Assembly: GCA_964436015.1 (NCBI GenBank)
Contig: CAYTAR010000003.1
Location: forward strand, 16,678-80,677
Source: an uncultured Candidatus Saccharibacteria bacterium
GTDB lineage: Bacteria; Patescibacteriota; Minisyncoccia; Phycocordibacterales; GCA-2401445
DNA length: 64,000 nucleotides
Direction of reading: 5' to 3'
Shown here: piece after piece, positions 1 to 7,484 of the stretch
How positions within the stretch are numbered: position 1 is the stretch's first letter
Layout: each line of letters begins with the position of its first letter
Program-made: the position numbers and the translations under genes
Notes under the pieces: generated by a model
What the model saw: only the letters and a program-made list of their open reading frames with translations
The model's database searches: none
Told to the model about the DNA's origin: nothing

Positions 1-82
1 TTATCAGTGTGGTTAGAGTGGTTAAGATAGTAAAAGCAAAGAATAACATTGAAGAAATTATAAATAATTAACAAAAAATACT

Positions 83-544
83 ATGCAAAAAATTGTACCG
101 AATCTATGGTTTAACGGTAATGCTGAAGAAGCCGCCGAGTACTATACTTCAGTGTTTCCTAATAGCAAAATAATTTCTACCACATATTATCCAAAGACTG
201 CCGAAGAAGGTCTCGCTGATTTTCAGCTTGATATGGCAGGCAAGCCGCTGACGGTGGAGTTTGAACTTGAGGGTCAGCATTTTACCGCAATCAACGCCGG
301 TCCAGAGTTTCAGTTTACCGAAGCGGTATCTTTTGCTATTTACTGTAAGAATCAGGAAGAAATTGACTACTACTGGGAGAGGCTTTCTGCGCACTCGGAA
401 AATGAACAATGTGGTTGGTGCAAGGATAAGTTTGGTTTGAGTTGGCAGGTAGTGCCGGCGAACATGGACGAACTCATGAAAAAACCTCAGGCCTTCTCTA
501 TTATGATGCAACAGAAGAAAATTGTGATCGCTGATTACTCATAA
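83..544 (+). CDS. PhnB-like / VOC (glyoxalase-fold) family protein
   Basis: 153-aa ORF. The N-terminal [18 protein letters not shown] motif is characteristic of PhnB/3-demethylubiquinone-9 methyltransferase-like glyoxalase-fold proteins. Confidence 0.65.
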   Translation: MQKIVPNLWFNGNAEEAAEYYTSVFPNSKIISTTYYPKTAEEGLADFQLDMAGKPLTVEFELEGQHFTAINAGPEFQFTEAVSFAIYCKNQEEIDYYWERLSAHSENEQCGWCKDKFGLSWQVVPANMDELMKKPQAFSIMMQQKKIVIADYS

Positions 545-551
545 CACAACA

Positions 552-929
552 ATGTCACAAAATTCACCACAAAAGAAAAATCGGATCTACACAATGAGTT
601 TCGCGCGTGTCTATCCACTGTATATTACGAAAGTGGAGAGGAAGGGGCGGACGAAAAAAGAGGTTGATGAAATTATTAAATGGCTTACTGGCTACAGTCA
701 GAAAGAGCTCGGTGTGCAATTGAAGAAAGAGGTTAGTTTTGATACTTTTTTCAAAGAGGCGCCAAAATTGAACCCTGCACGCAAGATGATTACTGGCGTG
801 GTGTGCGGTGTCCGGATAGAAGAAATAAAAGAGACACTGATGCGAGAAATTCGCTATTTGGATAAGCTGATTCACGAACTCGCGAAGGGGAGGGCGATGG
901 AGAAGATTTTGCGAAGTGATTCTAAGTAA
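552..929 (+). CDS. DUF2200 family protein
   Basis: 125 aa. [34 protein letters not shown] matches the conserved DUF2200 N-terminal block as I recall it. Confidence 0.55.
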   Translation: MSQNSPQKKNRIYTMSFARVYPLYITKVERKGRTKKEVDEIIKWLTGYSQKELGVQLKKEVSFDTFFKEAPKLNPARKMITGVVCGVRIEEIKETLMREIRYLDKLIHELAKGRAMEKILRSDSK

Positions 930-986
930 TGAGTAGGCTAGATTATTTTTGATCGGACTCATACATGTCTGTGGTATTATTTACCT

Positions 987-1727
987 ATGAAAAAAACACA
1001 CAAGATTGGGTTGGTGGTACTACTTGGTATTGTTGTACTCCTTGTGTGGTACGGTATGAAGCAATCAGTTTCTGATATTGATGAAGAGGTTGATTTAATC
1101 ATAGAGTCAGAAGAAACCGCTGAAACAGATTTGGTCCCACAGACAAACAATAATTCACCATTGCGAGAGGTTGAAATTGTAGAAGAATCTCCACAGATTA
1201 ATTATGCATACTTATTTGAAAAGGGAAGTAGCGAGGAAAGTAATATTGTGGGGCATTTTGGAGAAGGGGCGTTTGGGTGGTATGTACCAAGTTGGCTTGT
1301 AGCAAACTGGGTTGATGTAACTCCTGAAGGAGGTCTGGGTCTTATTTTTGCACCAAAAGTTCGTCACGATAGTGAGCAGTTCTCAAATATAGTTATTGAA
1401 GTTGGGACAAGTACCGAAGCGTTTAATGCAATGACGCTCTATGATATGAATATTGCTAAAAGTGCACCTTCAGACATTGTTATTACGGAAGTGCTTTTGA
1501 ATAAGCATGGAGCGAGTGATCTGCAGATAACCATGGAAACTAATACGTTGATATATCATATAGAAAAAAAAGTTTCTAATGATGTCCTGGATACATACTA
1601 TATGGACGGGAATGGTAAGACATTGATCGTTTCATTTCGTGCTCGTGCTGATATTTTCCCTCAATTTTCAACTCGTATTCGCGACCTTGTTGGAGGTATT
1701 GGCGCGCTGGTTCCGCCACAGGGGTAA
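987..1727 (+). CDS. hypothetical membrane-anchored protein
   Basis: 246 aa. N-terminal hydrophobic helix (IGLVVLLGIVVLLVW) followed by an acidic linker. Confidence 0.5.
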   Translation: MKKTHKIGLVVLLGIVVLLVWYGMKQSVSDIDEEVDLIIESEETAETDLVPQTNNNSPLREVEIVEESPQINYAYLFEKGSSEESNIVGHFGEGAFGWYVPSWLVANWVDVTPEGGLGLIFAPKVRHDSEQFSNIVIEVGTSTEAFNAMTLYDMNIAKSAPSDIVITEVLLNKHGASDLQITMETNTLIYHIEKKVSNDVLDTYYMDGNGKTLIVSFRARADIFPQFSTRIRDLVGGIGALVPPQG

Positions 1728-1740
1728 AAAGAATTCTCCA

Positions 1741-1771
1741 AATCCTGCCGAGGTCGGACCTCGGCAGAAAT
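1741..1771. repeat. 33-bp near-perfect palindromic repeat, copy 1 (aatcCTGCCGAGGTCgGACCTCGGCAGaaatt)
   Basis: Perfect 11-1-11 palindrome. A second copy at 5291..5321 differs only at the central base. Confidence 0.8.
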
Positions 1772-1797
1772 TTGAATAATGCAGATAGAAAATCTTG

Positions 1798-1824
1798 TTG
1801 ACAAAGTAATATATTTTGTATAGT
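1798..1824 (+). promoter_or_regulatory. sigma-70-like promoter for the YcaO-SagB gene
   Basis: TTGACA at 1798-1803 and an extended -10 TGtTATAGT ending at 1824. AAGGAT ribosome-binding site 7 nt before the ATG at 1875. Confidence 0.55.
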
Positions 1825-1874
1825 GTCAAGATAAATAAACTAGTTCTTAAACAATATAAGCGAAAGGATAAATC

Positions 1875-4055
1875 ATGAACTTTGGAAGTATACCTGTTGT
1901 ATGGGCTTCTGTTTTTATTTCGAGCAGAAAGACCACTTTTAGCACTTTCAGCAAAGAAGTGGTGGTTGAAGTCCCTCGGGCTGTTATTGCTGCTCTATTG
2001 GAGGCCTGCAATGGAAGTAGGATCCTGAGCGAAGTAATTGATATTTTGTCCCAGGATTGGGACCGGACATCAATCGAAGGGCTTATCGAGGAGTTGTTCA
2101 AAAAGCAAGTGATTGTTGATGGAAAAACACTCGAAGGTGAGTTCTGGAAAAATGTTACGAATCCGATGAGGTTTCCAACAAATATCAGCGATAAGAATGT
2201 GGCGCGTCTGGTATTCCATGCTACAGAAAGGCACCGAAAAGAAAAACCTGAGAAGGTTTACAGACCTTCAAAAAGTGATTTCTCTGAGATTGTTAGTCGT
2301 CGCAAATCCGTCCGTATTTTTTCTGGAGAGACCGTCGATTTTCAAATTGTCATTGATCTGCTTTGGAGTGCGTATGGGGAATGTTTGACAACTGACGGGC
2401 GACCTCATCGCTCTGTACCATCTGCTGGAGCACTTTATCCTCTAATCATTCATGTTTGCCTATTTGAAAAAACAGGCGATCTGGATCCGGGGGTATATCG
2501 AGTGCTTTACGATCAAGAAGGTTCTGTCGGCTTTAAGTATGTTTCAACTGATACATTGAGGTTTGCCAGGTCTTTCTTGAATCCTGTTAGTATCCAGAAA
2601 GGAATTCACGGAGTCATTGTCATTAGCGGATCATTCGCTGTGTCAAATCAAAAATACGGTAACCGAAGTATGCTGTACGTTCCCTTGGAGGCTGGGCACT
2701 CTGCTCAGAACGTTCTCCTAGAAGCTACCCGTCAAGGTGTTGCAACGCTAGAAATTGGAGGTTTTGTGGACGAGCTTGTTGCTCAGTCTATTGAACTTCC
2801 TGATGACTATCAACCGCTTACTCTCGTTGCTTTTGGTAAAGAGTCTGAACAAGTTGATTTGAAAAAACCTTCGACCTTGCAAGTTGATTGGGCTATCCCA
2901 TCGGCCAAAGGGTATGCTCCTGGTTTTGCTATTGCATCGGCTCGCTTGTCAGAAAAACGAAGTTGGTCGCACGGCAGAGATCCTTCTCCTGAGTTGGCTT
3001 TTAAAAAAGCGATTTCTGAAACCAAGGAATGGACTTCTTGTGGATGTATTCCGGAGCTTACTTGTGCTACTTATCGTGAGTTAGATAATGTTATTGATCC
3101 TCGAGAAATCATTCGATTTCACAAGAGTCAGTACAGGATCAAGGGGTTTCCGTTTGCGCAGTTTAATAAGAATATAAGGTACAACTGGACAAAAGGATTT
3201 GACATGAGTGGAAATGAATTTTATATTCTTGCCGATCATGTTTATTTCCCATATTTTCCAGAAACGCCTTACTATTGTTTTTCAAACTCATCGGGATGCG
3301 CTGCGCACCCTGATAAGCAGATGGCAATTAAGACTGGAACTCTTGAATTAATCGAACGGGATGCATTTATCAACTCGTATTTCTGCAGACTTGATATGCC
3401 AGTAGTTTCAGAAGATACTCTACCGGATGATATTCAAAAGCGTATCTATGAGCTAAGGGAAGTCGGGTTTGAAGTGTGGGTTGTTGATCATTCGCTCGAT
3501 TTGGCACCTGTGGTATTTGTCATGGCTCAAAGTGAAAAGCATACTTTTACCACCTGTGCATCTTGCTCCAGTTTTGATGTTGAGCATGCTGTCAGTCATT
3601 CGCTCATGGAAGTAGAGGCATCCATTCTTCATCGTCTGCAACATGGCGTGTCCGATAAGATCCGTCCAGATAAGGTCATTTGGCCTAACGATCACGGTCG
3701 TCTTTACGGCCAAAAACAATACTTCCGCCGTGCGGATTTCTTGGTTGCAAGCCAAAGGTCTGTACCGTTCCAAGAGATAGGGGGCAACGCTCCTAAAACT
3801 TGGGACAATCTCCTTGGTTGTTTCGAGGGTAAGGGTTGGAAACATTTAGTTGTTCCTCTCGAGCTCTCTGATGACTATGGAGGAAACGGTGATCTCAGTA
3901 TTGTCAGAGTGATCGTTCCTGGCACCATACAGATGACCTTTGGCAATCGTCAGGAACCTGCTGGAATGAAGCGTCTGTATGAAATCGCCGAGAGGTTCGG
4001 ACGAGGTAAATTGACTTACAGTCAGCTAACTAAGTTCCCGCATCCTTTTGAGTGA
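1875..4055 (+). CDS. TOMM-type RiPP maturase: fused N-terminal RRE-like domain + SagB-type FMN dehydrogenase + azoline-forming YcaO cyclodehydratase
   Basis: 726 aa. Residues about 130-330 carry nitroreductase/SagB motifs (RKSVRIF, SAGALYP, LEAGHSAQN). Residues about 350-726 carry both YcaO signature blocks (GRDPSPELAFKKAISETKEW and SSGCAAHPDKQMAIKTGTLELIERDAF). The C terminus ends in the proline-rich FPHPFE motif typical of azoline-forming YcaOs. The first about 120 aa look like a PqqD-like leader-recognition (RRE) winged helix. Confidence 0.85.
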   Translation: MNFGSIPVVWASVFISSRKTTFSTFSKEVVVEVPRAVIAALLEACNGSRILSEVIDILSQDWDRTSIEGLIEELFKKQVIVDGKTLEGEFWKNVTNPMRFPTNISDKNVARLVFHATERHRKEKPEKVYRPSKSDFSEIVSRRKSVRIFSGETVDFQIVIDLLWSAYGECLTTDGRPHRSVPSAGALYPLIIHVCLFEKTGDLDPGVYRVLYDQEGSVGFKYVSTDTLRFARSFLNPVSIQKGIHGVIVISGSFAVSNQKYGNRSMLYVPLEAGHSAQNVLLEATRQGVATLEIGGFVDELVAQSIELPDDYQPLTLVAFGKESEQVDLKKPSTLQVDWAIPSAKGYAPGFAIASARLSEKRSWSHGRDPSPELAFKKAISETKEWTSCGCIPELTCATYRELDNVIDPREIIRFHKSQYRIKGFPFAQFNKNIRYNWTKGFDMSGNEFYILADHVYFPYFPETPYYCFSNSSGCAAHPDKQMAIKTGTLELIERDAFINSYFCRLDMPVVSEDTLPDDIQKRIYELREVGFEVWVVDHSLDLAPVVFVMAQSEKHTFTTCASCSSFDVEHAVSHSLMEVEASILHRLQHGVSDKIRPDKVIWPNDHGRLYGQKQYFRRADFLVASQRSVPFQEIGGNAPKTWDNLLGCFEGKGWKHLVVPLELSDDYGGNGDLSIVRVIVPGTIQMTFGNRQEPAGMKRLYEIAERFGRGKLTYSQLTKFPHPFE

Positions 4056-4060
4056 TACCA

Positions 4061-4099
4061 AGACGGAAGGCTAAAAACTTTCCGTCTTTTTTTTATTTT
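4061..4099 (+). terminator. Rho-independent terminator
   Basis: AGACGGAA / TTCCGTCT stem, 11-nt loop, then a T run of 12. Confidence 0.7.
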
Positions 4100-4113
4100 G
4101 CTAGTATAAAGTA

Positions 4114-4926
4114 ATGAATAAAGGTTTGTCACAAATTGAATTTTATTTTCCAAGCGGAGAATTTAATGACAAAAATGAAATAGGGGACTCAATCGTCTCT
4201 CTAATGAAAGAAAATGGAAGTATTGATTATTCTGGCTATGCAGATGTCGATTTGTTAAAGCAGGGTTTATTGGACCACATTGGAAACGGAAGTGTTGAGC
4301 AATATAAAGAAATCTCTGAGGAGCAGAGGTTGGAAATAGAAAAAACTATTTCAGAAACCATTGATAAGTGTAATGAAAAATTATCTGTTCCAACTAAGAA
4401 TTTTATTTTTGTTCATCCCTACCTTACCACCGAAGATGACAAGGTTTTTGACGGCGTAATGGCTGTGGCAGTTTACAGCTGTGTTTTTCATTTGTTTATA
4501 AATTTAGATCAATACTCAAAAAAATCTATCGAAAATACCGTTGCTCACGAACTGAATCATACAATCTACTACTACTATCATTATGATGATTTCAATAACT
4601 ATACACTTTTAGATGAAATATTATTAGAAGGTTTGGCAGAAAATTTTAGAGAACAGTATTTTGATGCTGAAGTTAGCAAGTGGGCTGGTGCATTAAATAA
4701 AGATGAGGCATTTAAAGTATTAAAGGAATCAGAAGGTATTCTTGAATCCAGAGACAAGAAAGTTATTGGTGAATTTCTGTTTGGAAACGATAGGTATAAA
4801 AGATGGACAGGCTACTCAGTTGGGTATTGGTTGGTTAAAGAATTTTTAAAAAATAATATCAATGTACCTTGGACTGAAATAATGAAGATGGATTCACAAA
4901 GATTTTTAGTAGCTGTTAACAAATAA
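4114..4926 (+). CDS. putative Zn-dependent metallopeptidase (HExxH...E), candidate leader peptidase
   Basis: 270 aa. AHELNH motif with a downstream EGLAE (gluzincin-like). Lies between the YcaO gene and the precursor peptide. Confidence 0.45.
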   Translation: MNKGLSQIEFYFPSGEFNDKNEIGDSIVSLMKENGSIDYSGYADVDLLKQGLLDHIGNGSVEQYKEISEEQRLEIEKTISETIDKCNEKLSVPTKNFIFVHPYLTTEDDKVFDGVMAVAVYSCVFHLFINLDQYSKKSIENTVAHELNHTIYYYYHYDDFNNYTLLDEILLEGLAENFREQYFDAEVSKWAGALNKDEAFKVLKESEGILESRDKKVIGEFLFGNDRYKRWTGYSVGYWLVKEFLKNNINVPWTEIMKMDSQRFLVAVNK

Positions 4927-4929
4927 AAA

Positions 4930-4960
4930 GACGTAGTGACAACTGACTGGTCACTACGTC
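4930..4960. terminator. bidirectional hairpin terminator between convergent genes
   Basis: GACGTAGTGAC...GTCACTACGTC perfect 11-bp inverted repeat, A-rich on the left. Confidence 0.6.
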
Positions 4961-4974
4961 CTATAAAGGAAGCA

Positions 4975-5100
4975 TCATTTGCTCCCGCACTTGCCGTTGC
5001 CGCCGCCACCAGAACTGCACTGTTCCTGACACACAACTGTGCCAGGAAGAGGCTTGTCTTTGGCAGTGACTTTCCAAGAGAACTTTTTAGGATTCTTCAT
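4975..5100 (-). CDS. candidate TOMM precursor peptide (41 aa): MKNPKKFSWKVTAKDKPLPGTVV-CQEQCSSGGGGNGKCGSK
   Basis: Minus-strand ATG at 5098-5100 preceded by AAGGAGA 7 nt upstream. Strong promoter upstream. The Cys/Ser/Gly-rich C-terminal core is typical of heterocyclised RiPP substrates. Stop at 4975-4977. Confidence 0.55.
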   Translation of the reverse strand: MKNPKKFSWKVTAKDKPLPGTVVCQEQCSSGGGGNGKCGSK

Positions 5101-5169
5101 GGTTGTCTCCTTTCCAATAGTTAAGGTTTCACCGTCAACTGTGTAAAGTAAATCTTTACACCTAATCAA

Positions 5170-5198
5170 AATATAAGCATTACAGGTCAGTATGTCAA
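5170..5198 (-). promoter_or_regulatory. sigma-70-like promoter for the precursor peptide
   Basis: Minus-strand TTGACA-17 nt-TATATT, about 70 nt upstream of the precursor ATG. Confidence 0.6.
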
Positions 5199-5290
5199 CA
5201 TTACGAAATGATTCAATATCTTGGAATTTACACAATAATTTCATAAGGTATGCTAATTGCATATACTAAAATAAAAGATTGGTTGTAATA

Positions 5291-5321
5291 ATCCTGCCGA
5301 GGTCCGACCTCGGCAGAAATT
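5291..5321. repeat. 33-bp palindromic repeat, copy 2 (aatcCTGCCGAGGTCcGACCTCGGCAGaaatt)
   Basis: Identical to 1741..1771 except for the central base. Lies upstream (minus-strand sense) of the precursor promoter. Confidence 0.8.
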
Positions 5322-5424
5322 AGCGTTGGTATTTCTAAGTAAATGAGAGATTGACTAATGCTTAATTTCATTATATTGTTTTCGTAGTTAAAATGCAGTA
5401 AATCAGATACGAAAGGAAAAATGA

Positions 5425-5697
5425 ATGAATGACACGACGTGGTACATTCACCCCGGTGGGTGCGTAACGACCAATCGCCTTCTCGCGGAACGTCTTCCGC
5501 AAGAAGATGCCTGTCCACAGAAGCTCTGTGCTGATGGTGTTCTGCGGGACCTTTGGAAGTGCGACCATGCGGTGGTTACTGAATTCACTCGCGCTCGGAA
5601 ACAACTCTCCCTTAATTTCAAAGTGTTTGTGCAGGAGGGGCAGGGGCCGGTGCGCCTGTGGAAGTTTGAAGAGAAGAAGCAAGCAACGAAGGTGTGA
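5425..5697 (+). CDS. small GC-rich Cys-containing hypothetical protein
   Basis: 90 aa. AAGGA ribosome-binding site, an upstream TTGACT-17 nt-TATTGT promoter (5351-5379) and a strong downstream terminator. GC content is clearly above its surroundings and several frames are open across it. Confidence 0.4.
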   Translation: MNDTTWYIHPGGCVTTNRLLAERLPQEDACPQKLCADGVLRDLWKCDHAVVTEFTRARKQLSLNFKVFVQEGQGPVRLWKFEEKKQATKV

Positions 5698-5714
5698 CAT
5701 TCGTTGTTTGAAAA

Positions 5715-5750
5715 CACAACACGCGGACCGTAGGTCCGCGTGTTTTTCTT
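5715..5750 (+). terminator. Rho-independent terminator
   Basis: ACGCGGACC..GGTCCGCGT stem followed by TTTTTCTT. Confidence 0.7.
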
Positions 5751-5821
5751 GTATGCAGTAGGTGAAGTATAATAAAAATATAGAAATAACAATGCGCGAG
5801 CTAGTTTAGAAGACATATTCA

Positions 5822-6796
5822 ATGAAAAAGAAGCATACACAGAAGAATATTGTTATTTACCAAGCAAAGAACGGAGCGATTGAACTTCGGGGTGATTTTG
5901 GGCATGAGACAGTATGGGCGACCCAGGCTCAAATAGCGAATGCTTTTGAGACAAACCGTTCTGTAGTCACAAAGCATATTAGAAACATTTTGAATGATAA
6001 GGAACTTGATGCGAAATCAGTATGTGCAAAATTTGCACATACTGCCGAGGACGGTAAAACCTACCAAGTTCAATTCTATAATCTCGATGTTATTTTGGCT
6101 GTGGGTTATAGAACTAATTCAAAACGTGCCATTGAATTTCGTAAATGGGCAACAAAGACGCTTCGGGAATATATTACAAAGGGCTACGTAATCAATCGTA
6201 AGCAGATTCAGAAGAATCATAAAGAATTTCTGAAAACCGTTGAATCAATTCAACAGTTGTTGCCGGAACATATCGCCCTTGATCCGAAATCAATACTTGA
6301 ACTTATCAAGGAATTTTCAAGTACATGGGTATCACTTGATGCATACGATAAGGAGTCTTTGAAGCCCGTTGGCGTTACGAAGAAATCAGTTGCAATTAGC
6401 GGTATTGAATTACGTGAGGTAATTGCTAACTTGAGAGCGGAATTGATGAGAAAGGGGGAGGCAGGAGAAATTTTTGCACAAGAAAGAAATGCGGGGAGTA
6501 TAGAGGGAATTATTGGAAACGTAATGCAGTCATTTGGGGATAAACCAGTATACGAAACAGTTGAGGAGAAAGCAGCACACCTTCTTTATTTTATGGTTAA
6601 AAATCATCCGTTTATTGATGGTAATAAGCGCTCCGGGGCGTTTGCTTTTGTCTGGTTCCTACGGAAACAGCGTGTAAAGGGAAGAAGTAACATTAACCCA
6701 AGCGCACTCACGGCACTGACACTTCTTATTGCTGAGAGTGATTCTAAAAAGATGGGGCAGATGGTTGCGTTAGTGACACAGATGTTGAAGAAGTAA
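5822..6796 (+). CDS. Fic/Doc family protein with RhuM-like N-terminal domain
   Basis: 324 aa. The N terminus (IVIYQAKNGAIELRGDFGHETVWATQAQIANAFETNRSVVTKHIRNI) resembles the RhuM virulence-protein family. The C terminus carries HPFIDGNKRSGA, matching the Fic/Doc HxFx(D/N)GNKR motif. Confidence 0.7.
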   Translation: MKKKHTQKNIVIYQAKNGAIELRGDFGHETVWATQAQIANAFETNRSVVTKHIRNILNDKELDAKSVCAKFAHTAEDGKTYQVQFYNLDVILAVGYRTNSKRAIEFRKWATKTLREYITKGYVINRKQIQKNHKEFLKTVESIQQLLPEHIALDPKSILELIKEFSSTWVSLDAYDKESLKPVGVTKKSVAISGIELREVIANLRAELMRKGEAGEIFAQERNAGSIEGIIGNVMQSFGDKPVYETVEEKAAHLLYFMVKNHPFIDGNKRSGAFAFVWFLRKQRVKGRSNINPSALTALTLLIAESDSKKMGQMVALVTQMLKK

Positions 6797-6811
6797 TATA
6801 CTTACTTATAT

Positions 6812-7084
6812 ATGGAAGAAAAAGACCTATTAGAGAAAATTGAGCGTATGGTACAGGAGATTCATGATAAGGCTGGTAATTATACACAACCAGTTCTCCG
6901 TAGATATCCTCTGTTGTTTACCTTTTTGGTTACCTTTGGCGTGGCTGCTGTTTTGTATGGTTTTGAGTTGTGGGCAAATAAAATAGCCCTCTTTAATGAC
7001 CACCCACTTGTTCTTATGTTGATTGGGGTACTAGTTCTTATATTTACCGGCACTCTCTATAAAACGCTAAGAAAGGTTGATTAG
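6812..7084 (+). CDS. small membrane protein (2 TM)
   Basis: 90 aa with two hydrophobic helices. Confidence 0.4.
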   Translation: MEEKDLLEKIERMVQEIHDKAGNYTQPVLRRYPLLFTFLVTFGVAAVLYGFELWANKIALFNDHPLVLMLIGVLVLIFTGTLYKTLRKVD

Positions 7085-7171
7085 GGGGGTAAGAATTCAA
7101 GTGAAAGGAATCAAGAGACTTTTCTTTTGAAGTGGTTTTTGCATACATAGTATGTGTGTACATATGCACAC

Positions 7172-7201
7172 TTGACCTCCATACCCCCTGGGGGGTATAC
7201 T
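7172..7201 (+). promoter_or_regulatory. cso operon promoter with a CsoR-type operator in the spacer
   Basis: TTGACC-18 nt-TATACT. The perfect GC-rich palindrome ATACCCCCTGGGGGGTAT (7181-7198) fills the spacer and resembles known CsoR operators. Confidence 0.6.
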
Positions 7202-7207
7202 TGGTTT

Positions 7208-7483
7208 ATGACATACATAGATGAAAAAAATAAAGCGCGGGTAATACGTCGTCTCAAGTTACTTGAGGGACAAGTGCGAGGTCTTCAGCGAATGGTAGAG
7301 AAAGATACCTACTGTATAGATGTGATCACTCAAACATCGGCAGTTAAGCAGGGGTTATCTAATGTTGAAGATTTGCTTCTGGAGAATCACCTCGATCACT
7401 GCGTTCATCATCAGATGAAAACGGGGCAGACCGCAAAAGCAAAAAAAGAGATTATTACTGTGTATAAGTTAAAAAGAAAATAA
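7208..7483 (+). CDS. csoR: CsoR/RcnR-family copper-sensing transcriptional repressor
   Basis: 91 aa from the ATG at 7208. Shows the DUF156 fold signature and a Cys...His-Cys metal-ligand pattern (YCID...LDHCVHH). Immediately upstream of copA. Nearly leaderless relative to the predicted promoter. Confidence 0.75.
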   Translation: MTYIDEKNKARVIRRLKLLEGQVRGLQRMVEKDTYCIDVITQTSAVKQGLSNVEDLLLENHLDHCVHHQMKTGQTAKAKKEIITVYKLKRK

Positions 7484-7484
7484 T

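Noticed and set aside
4936-5124. 62-aa plus-strand ORF (MTTDWSLRPIKEASFAPALAVAAATRTALF...)
   Set aside because: It is exactly antisense to the precursor-peptide ORF. Its Ala-rich sequence is a mirror artefact of the Gly/Cys-rich core codons on the other strand. It has no ribosome-binding site.
5371-5840. Three overlapping ORFs (minus 109 aa, minus 130 aa, plus 84 aa) across the GC-rich segment
   Set aside because: Multiple open frames are expected in high-GC DNA. Only the plus-strand 5425..5697 ORF has a promoter, ribosome-binding site and terminator.
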